Part shown: positions 59,226 to 64,000 of the stretch, in pieces
Position numbering within the stretch: the first letter of the stretch is position 1
Layout of the letters: each line of letters begins with the position of its first letter
Assembly (NCBI GenBank): GCA_019057385.1
Contig: JAHQJS010000004.1
Location: forward strand, 320,001-384,000
Direction of reading: 5' to 3'
Source: Candidatus Borrarchaeum weybense
GTDB lineage: Archaea; Asgardarchaeota; Sifarchaeia; Borrarchaeales; Borrarchaeaceae
DNA length: 64,000 bases
The notes under the pieces: generated by a model
Database searches by the model: none
Told to the model about the DNA's origin: nothing
The model's input: the letters and a program-made list of their open reading frames with translations, nothing else
Made by a program: the position numbers and the translations under genes

Positions 59226-60530
59226 ATGTAGGTAAAGAAGGGAATCAGGCTGCGGATTTATCCGAATAAAGAGCAGAGCATACTGCTCAATAAAACGCTC
59301 GGTTGCTGTCGATTCCTTTATAACAAGATGCTGGAAGAACATATCAAGGTATATGCTCAATTAAAAGACGATTAGGACGCCCTCTACAGTTATAAGTACA
59401 AAACTGAGAAATACTACAAGCAAGAGTACCCGTTTCTTAAAGAAGTGGACTCTAAGGCACTGCAAACTGCGAACCGCCACCTGTTTGCCGCCTACCAGAA
59501 CTTTTTTGAAGCACTTAAAACGAGCAGGGAAGTGGGCTTTCCCAGGTTTAAGTCCAAGAAATGCTACCCACAAACCTATACCACGTATAATATCAACAAC
59601 AGCATACGGATTGACCACCAGCGAAGGAAGATTCGTATTCCGAAGGTTGGTTGGGTCAACTATAGAGATAACCGCATGATCAGTAATCCGATCAAACACA
59701 TAACCATCGGTAAGACTGCCACCCACAAGTATTTTGTGTCGGTGAAGGTGGTGTGTGATGTTGAAATACCACCTAAGAAGGCAGTACTTAACAGCGAGGA
59801 TATAGCAGGGTTTGATATGTCGACAACGCACTTCCTGATCGACGAACATACGCAGTACGAGAACCCTCGATTTTATAGGGAAGAGGAGAAACGCCTCAAG
59901 AAACATCACAGGGAATTATCGCGCAAGAAAGAGAGGTCAAAGAACCGGAAGAAGGCACGACTCAAACTGGCAGGGGTTTATGAGAAGATTAACAATCGAA
60001 AGCATGACTGGCTTCACAAGATCACCCATGACTTGAGCGAGAGACACGATGCCGTTATCCTAGAAGATCTCAACATCAAGGGGATGCAGCAATTCAACTC
60101 AGGTCTTAGTAAGTCTATCACGCTGGACTTCTCGTGGTATCAGTTTCGGGTATATTTGTACTATAAAATGTACTGGAAGGGCAAGCATTTCGTCCTGATT
60201 GACCGCTTTTCCCCGTCCAGCAAACTATGCTCGATCTGCGGTCAGATAAACAATGACCTTAAACTGAACGATCGAGTCTGGACTTGTAAACATTGCGGCA
60301 CTACTCACCACCGAGATATCAATGCGGTGGACAATATTACAGGCGAAGGCATTAGAATATTACAAGAAGAAATCGGAATCATGGTAATCGCAACAACCGA
60401 CGACCATGATACGTCTACCGTAGGGACTACGGGAAGTCACGCCTCTGAAGAGGATGTAAGACCTTCTACCAATACCAGGCAGTCCTCGCTGAAGGAGGAA
60501 TCCACGAGCCTTTAGGCCGTGGTAGTTCAA
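59226..60530 (+). mobile_element. tnpB: IS605/IS1341-type tnpB, interrupted by two in-frame TAG codons, with right-end hairpin
   Basis: LRIYPN..GCCRFLYN HTH; GFD, ILEDLNI, SSKLCSICG..CKHCG..RDINA; TAG at 59229 and 59373; end CCACG-AGCCTTTAGGC-CGTGG-TAGTTCAA. Confidence 0.88.
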
Positions 60531-61135
60531 ACTGACACGGATGATGACTAAATTGATATTTAATCTTTTGGACTATTGAATTTGGTTATTCACTATAATT
60601 AATGGAAATGATCTAGTGTCAAGAAAAGGCTTGTTATAGAGATCTTAATTGCTTGTTCCCATATAAACGAGAACAGAGAGTGTGAAGAATTCGAGAAAAC
60701 TGAATTCTGTCCAAGTATAATTGCACGCGTATGACATCCTTGGTCGACTTGCTGATATGTATAAGGGTCAATTTAGGACAAGATAAGGCAAAAGTGCAAA
60801 TAGACTTGCACTCCTTTCTGGAAGGCTAAATGGACGAATAAAACAGATTAATATATTTCAGTTCTTTTCTAGGCGATTACGACTTTGAGAAAGGCAATCT
60901 CAAAAAAATTTTTGACAAGTTCACTTGAATTCATAACAAGTTGATTGATATCTTTTTTTGTTGATCATCGATGTGCAAGTCGCTATGACTATAAATTCTT
61001 GTAATGAACTTCCACCATTTCTATTGCAGCTTCTTTATGATGATAACAGCTTTGAGAGATCTCGCATAATTTTGTTTCATTCATTACTATATTGGTTTTT
61101 CTTAGCATTGTCTGAAGTTTTTTCAATTATTAATT

Positions 61136-62584
61136 TTAAGGAGTAAAGAGATAAATGCTGATCTGATTTTTTGTCTTCATTAGTTTACAGTGATTCGCAA
61201 TCCAGTCTCTGAATTCAGCATCAGGATCTATAGCACCCAGCGTACCTGAGATAAGAAGCCATACTCGTTCATTAGCATTTTTTATCTCATCAAAAGTGCC
61301 AGGTTTAAATAATTCGATAGATAGGTTGAAATCGATTTTTCCTAGATAATAATAGACCGCTTTATCACCTGTGGCAGCAATGAGATCCTCTGTTGTCATG
61401 TGATTTTCAACATATGCACATGCACTTTTCCAGTCTGCATGAGCTTTATACCTATAATAAGAGAAATAAAAAGTATAAAGGTTGTTTACACTAAGAACTA
61501 TCGCAAATAAAAAGCCAAAAGCCAGGATCTTGTTTTTATCGAGATTTAATATTAAACCGCGAAATTCATTTTTGCTTTCGCTTTTCCTAATTTTCTCAAA
61601 GGATTCTGTTACTAGGTGAGCCGACAATAACGCATACGCGGGTAAAGCAAAAACAATATATCGAGTGTCAATACTAATAATAAAAGTAAGCAAAGCGAAA
61701 GTAATCAGCGGAATTAAGGCATAAGCTGTCAATAAAAAGCCAGTACTACTTTTTTGTAAAACTAGGTAAAGTGCACCTGCAACAGAAAATACAGACAACA
61801 TTATCCCAAGATCGGATTGAACCAACCTCTTAAAAAGCTCATCGATGGGCAGTCCCCATCTGAGCGTATTTTCTCCAAATTTAAACTCTATCGTCTGGAG
61901 AATTGTAGTAAAAAACAGGATTGAACTAAGGATAAAGAAAATACCAAAGAAAATCGTAAGATATTTATAATTAAGGCGAAACTGATCACTGCGAAGAAAA
62001 CCTTTGGAAATTAGCCAGAAGACTAATATTGCTAGTATAAGAATGGCAGAATAATGTGTGTAAAAAGCTAAAACGGTGAATATAGCAGAAAACACGTAGG
62101 GTGTGGCCGTTTCTTTATATGTGGTTTGATAAAAAAAAGACAAGGCTAATAGGGTAAAAACGGCCAATTCTGTATACATTCTTGCTTGTTGAGACCAATA
62201 GATGTGCCACGGAGATACAGAAATAAGAAAGGAAGCCACTAATCCTTCTTTTTCGCTGAACAGTTGTTTCCCAAAAAAATAAATCAAGGGAATCGTGGCG
62301 ATGCCAAATAAACAGGAAGGAAGCCTAATAGTAAACTCATTTGTCCCAAGGGTTTCTACAAATAACCTAAGGATCACATAGGATAGCGGAGGATGAGATA
62401 TGTTGTACAGTTTACCTCTACTGTCTAGGATTGATGATGCTTCATCATTCCCTAGGCTTGGGCGCCCTAATTTATGTAACCTCAACATAGCACCTATAGC
62501 TGTAATTATTATAAGCAAATAAAGAATCATCATATGCGGCGCTAACAAAGTTTGTTTCAATGAACGTCTTCCCTGCAGTTTCAC
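61136..62584 (-). CDS. GT39/ArnT/PMT-like membrane glycosyltransferase
   Basis: DE, HPPL, RLPS, SQQARMY, YTHY, RY; many TM segments. Confidence 0.85.
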   Translation of the reverse strand: MKLQGRRSLKQTLLAPHMMILYLLIIITAIGAMLRLHKLGRPSLGNDEASSILDSRGKLYNISHPPLSYVILRLFVETLGTNEFTIRLPSCLFGIATIPLIYFFGKQLFSEKEGLVASFLISVSPWHIYWSQQARMYTELAVFTLLALSFFYQTTYKETATPYVFSAIFTVLAFYTHYSAILILAILVFWLISKGFLRSDQFRLNYKYLTIFFGIFFILSSILFFTTILQTIEFKFGENTLRWGLPIDELFKRLVQSDLGIMLSVFSVAGALYLVLQKSSTGFLLTAYALIPLITFALLTFIISIDTRYIVFALPAYALLSAHLVTESFEKIRKSESKNEFRGLILNLDKNKILAFGFLFAIVLSVNNLYTFYFSYYRYKAHADWKSACAYVENHMTTEDLIAATGDKAVYYYLGKIDFNLSIELFKPGTFDEIKNANERVWLLISGTLGAIDPDAEFRDWIANHCKLMKTKNQISIYLFTP

Positions 62585-62666
62585 AACTCCTATAGACTAT
62601 TTATGGACCAATAAAATAGCTGTAAATATATAAGTATTGTAATGATTTGTAGTGATTTGCTTTTAT

Positions 62667-63050
62667 TTAGATGAGTAGACCCTTGAAAAAGTCACTCACA
62701 AGTAAATTCTCGACAAGACTATTTGAGTTTTTGACAAGTCGATTAATATCTTCTTTAGTCGCGTGATCAATATGTAAACCTGCTATGACGACAACATTTT
62801 TGTCAAAGTCAAAATTCTTCATTAATTCCGTTGCAATGTCTTCAGCAATAACGTTATCTTTATGCCCTTCATCCGTCCAGATGGTATAGTTAACGTTCTT
62901 ACTCTTATTAGGGCAAGCTATGACCACGGAACCAATATGTGGTTTTACTCCACCGCCAATAATAACTGTTAAATCATCACCTGAAGTAATAGCGTGTAGG
63001 TTGACTTTGAATTTGCCTTCATCGATAGTGTCGTTAAATTGATTTTTCAT
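62667..63050 (-). CDS. LpdD-like small protein
   Basis: GDDL..IGGG..PHIGSV, GHKD, V.AGLHID.AT.EDI. Confidence 0.6.
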   Translation of the reverse strand: MKNQFNDTIDEGKFKVNLHAITSGDDLTVIIGGGVKPHIGSVVIACPNKSKNVNYTIWTDEGHKDNVIAEDIATELMKNFDFDKNVVVIAGLHIDHATKEDINRLVKNSNSLVENLLVSDFFKGLLI

Positions 63051-63568
63051 GAGATCCCTTCTGGAGAATACTCCTTAATAATATCATTGCTAGATGCTAT
63101 TGCTTCATATGCTTTTTTTACAATTCTACGAACTCTTTGTTTATTATCTTCAAAGAAAAGAAGGTGACTTTTGCATCCAGATTTACAGTCAGATGCACCA
63201 AACCCTCTTACAACTATTTTTCCGCCTAACGATAAGAGTTCTTTAATTATCATACATTCATATTGCTTATTTGATTCAAAAAATACGATGTGGTTTATTT
63301 GAGATTCCTTTACCTTAAGAAAGTAATCAATATGCCAATGGAGGGTTTTTACTTTAGATATGTGGCGTTGCAATCGCCCTCCGAGACCAACTGCTCCTTT
63401 TCCAAGAGCAGAACCGGTATATACATAGTTTCCGCTAGGGAATTTATATATCCCCAATTTTCCAACTTCAATTTTAATCTCTTGATTCAATTTGATAATT
63501 AGCGTATACGTACCCGGACTACTAGGTATTCGATCTATTGGAATCATAGTGCTCATTTTTTTGGCCAA
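63047..63568 (-). CDS. DUF123 / GIY-YIG-like nuclease
   Basis: GTYTL, YVYTGSA, RL.RH, HWHIDY, GFGASDC..C.SHL. Confidence 0.88.
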   Translation of the reverse strand: MAKKMSTMIPIDRIPSSPGTYTLIIKLNQEIKIEVGKLGIYKFPSGNYVYTGSALGKGAVGLGGRLQRHISKVKTLHWHIDYFLKVKESQINHIVFFESNKQYECMIIKELLSLGGKIVVRGFGASDCKSGCKSHLLFFEDNKQRVRRIVKKAYEAIASSNDIIKEYSPEGIS

Positions 63569-64000
63569 GTAACAAGCTGTGGGGTTCTTGGAAGTTCATC
63601 GCCGATATATTTTTTGATTTCATTCGGCCATTTCTCAAAATCAAATCCATGACGTATGACGAATACATATGCCCATCGTGATGGACCGATCCCCACGCAC
63701 CCCGTCCAGACATCTCTGTTCGCTTTATCTTTAAAATTGAATCTTCCTGCATAGAAGTCAGTGTGAACATGATAGGATGATATTTCTAGTTCTGCTTCTG
63801 GTCTGCTAGCCGTTTCAAAAGGTAGGATTGCTGTTAGGTCATATGTCTTCACAAATTCCTCTGTTTCATCTTTTTCTGTAGCGCCGGCATGCTCAAGATA
63901 AACTGCTGTGGTTTTGTCAATTCGGTATTCCAAATCAAAGATATCGTTTATTATTTTCTCTGAGCGTTCGAGAATTTCATCTCTGATATCGATAGTTTTT
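63553..64000 (-). CDS. Hypothetical protein, 5' end outside window
   Basis: Reading frame remains open from 63933 to the window edge. Confidence 0.55.
   Translation of the reverse strand, partial: KTIDIRDEILERSEKIINDIFDLEYRIDKTTAVYLEHAGATEKDETEEFVKTYDLTAILPFETASRPEAELEISSYHVHTDFYAGRFNFKDKANRDVWTGCVGIGPSRWAYVFVIRHGFDFEKWPNEIKKYIGDELPRTPQLVTWPKK

Overview
Archaeal chromosome segment, very probably from an Asgard archaeon (it has an ESCRT-II Vps22/EAP30-like gene next to archaeal core genes: egsA, psmB, aCPSF1, rpl/rps, eIF6, pfdA, ftsY). Most of the window is housekeeping and metabolism, with five tRNAs carrying eight non-canonical introns, an intein in aCPSF1, IS200/IS605-family relics and a two-spacer mini-CRISPR. 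The main finding is a ~10.5 kb island (~18827-29293) inserted in ftsY at the codon 38/39 boundary. It supplies a replacement ftsY 5' end and strands the original 5' end next to pfdA. It encodes a Ski2-like helicase-Cas1 fusion, a Cas7-like RAMP and a Cas5-like RAMP-HD fusion, but no CRISPR array. Instead it carries two copies of a ~95-nt structured RNA scaffold, each followed by a different spacer-like segment. Guide 1 matches ftsY starting exactly at the insertion junction. Guide 2 matches the cas7 promoter, with mismatches at positions 6, 12, 18, 22 and 30, close to the Cas7 every-sixth-base pattern. The inference is an array-less, RNA-guided, Cas1-based integrative element with a homing guide and an autoregulatory guide. 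All alignments and family assignments were done by eye; no searches were run.
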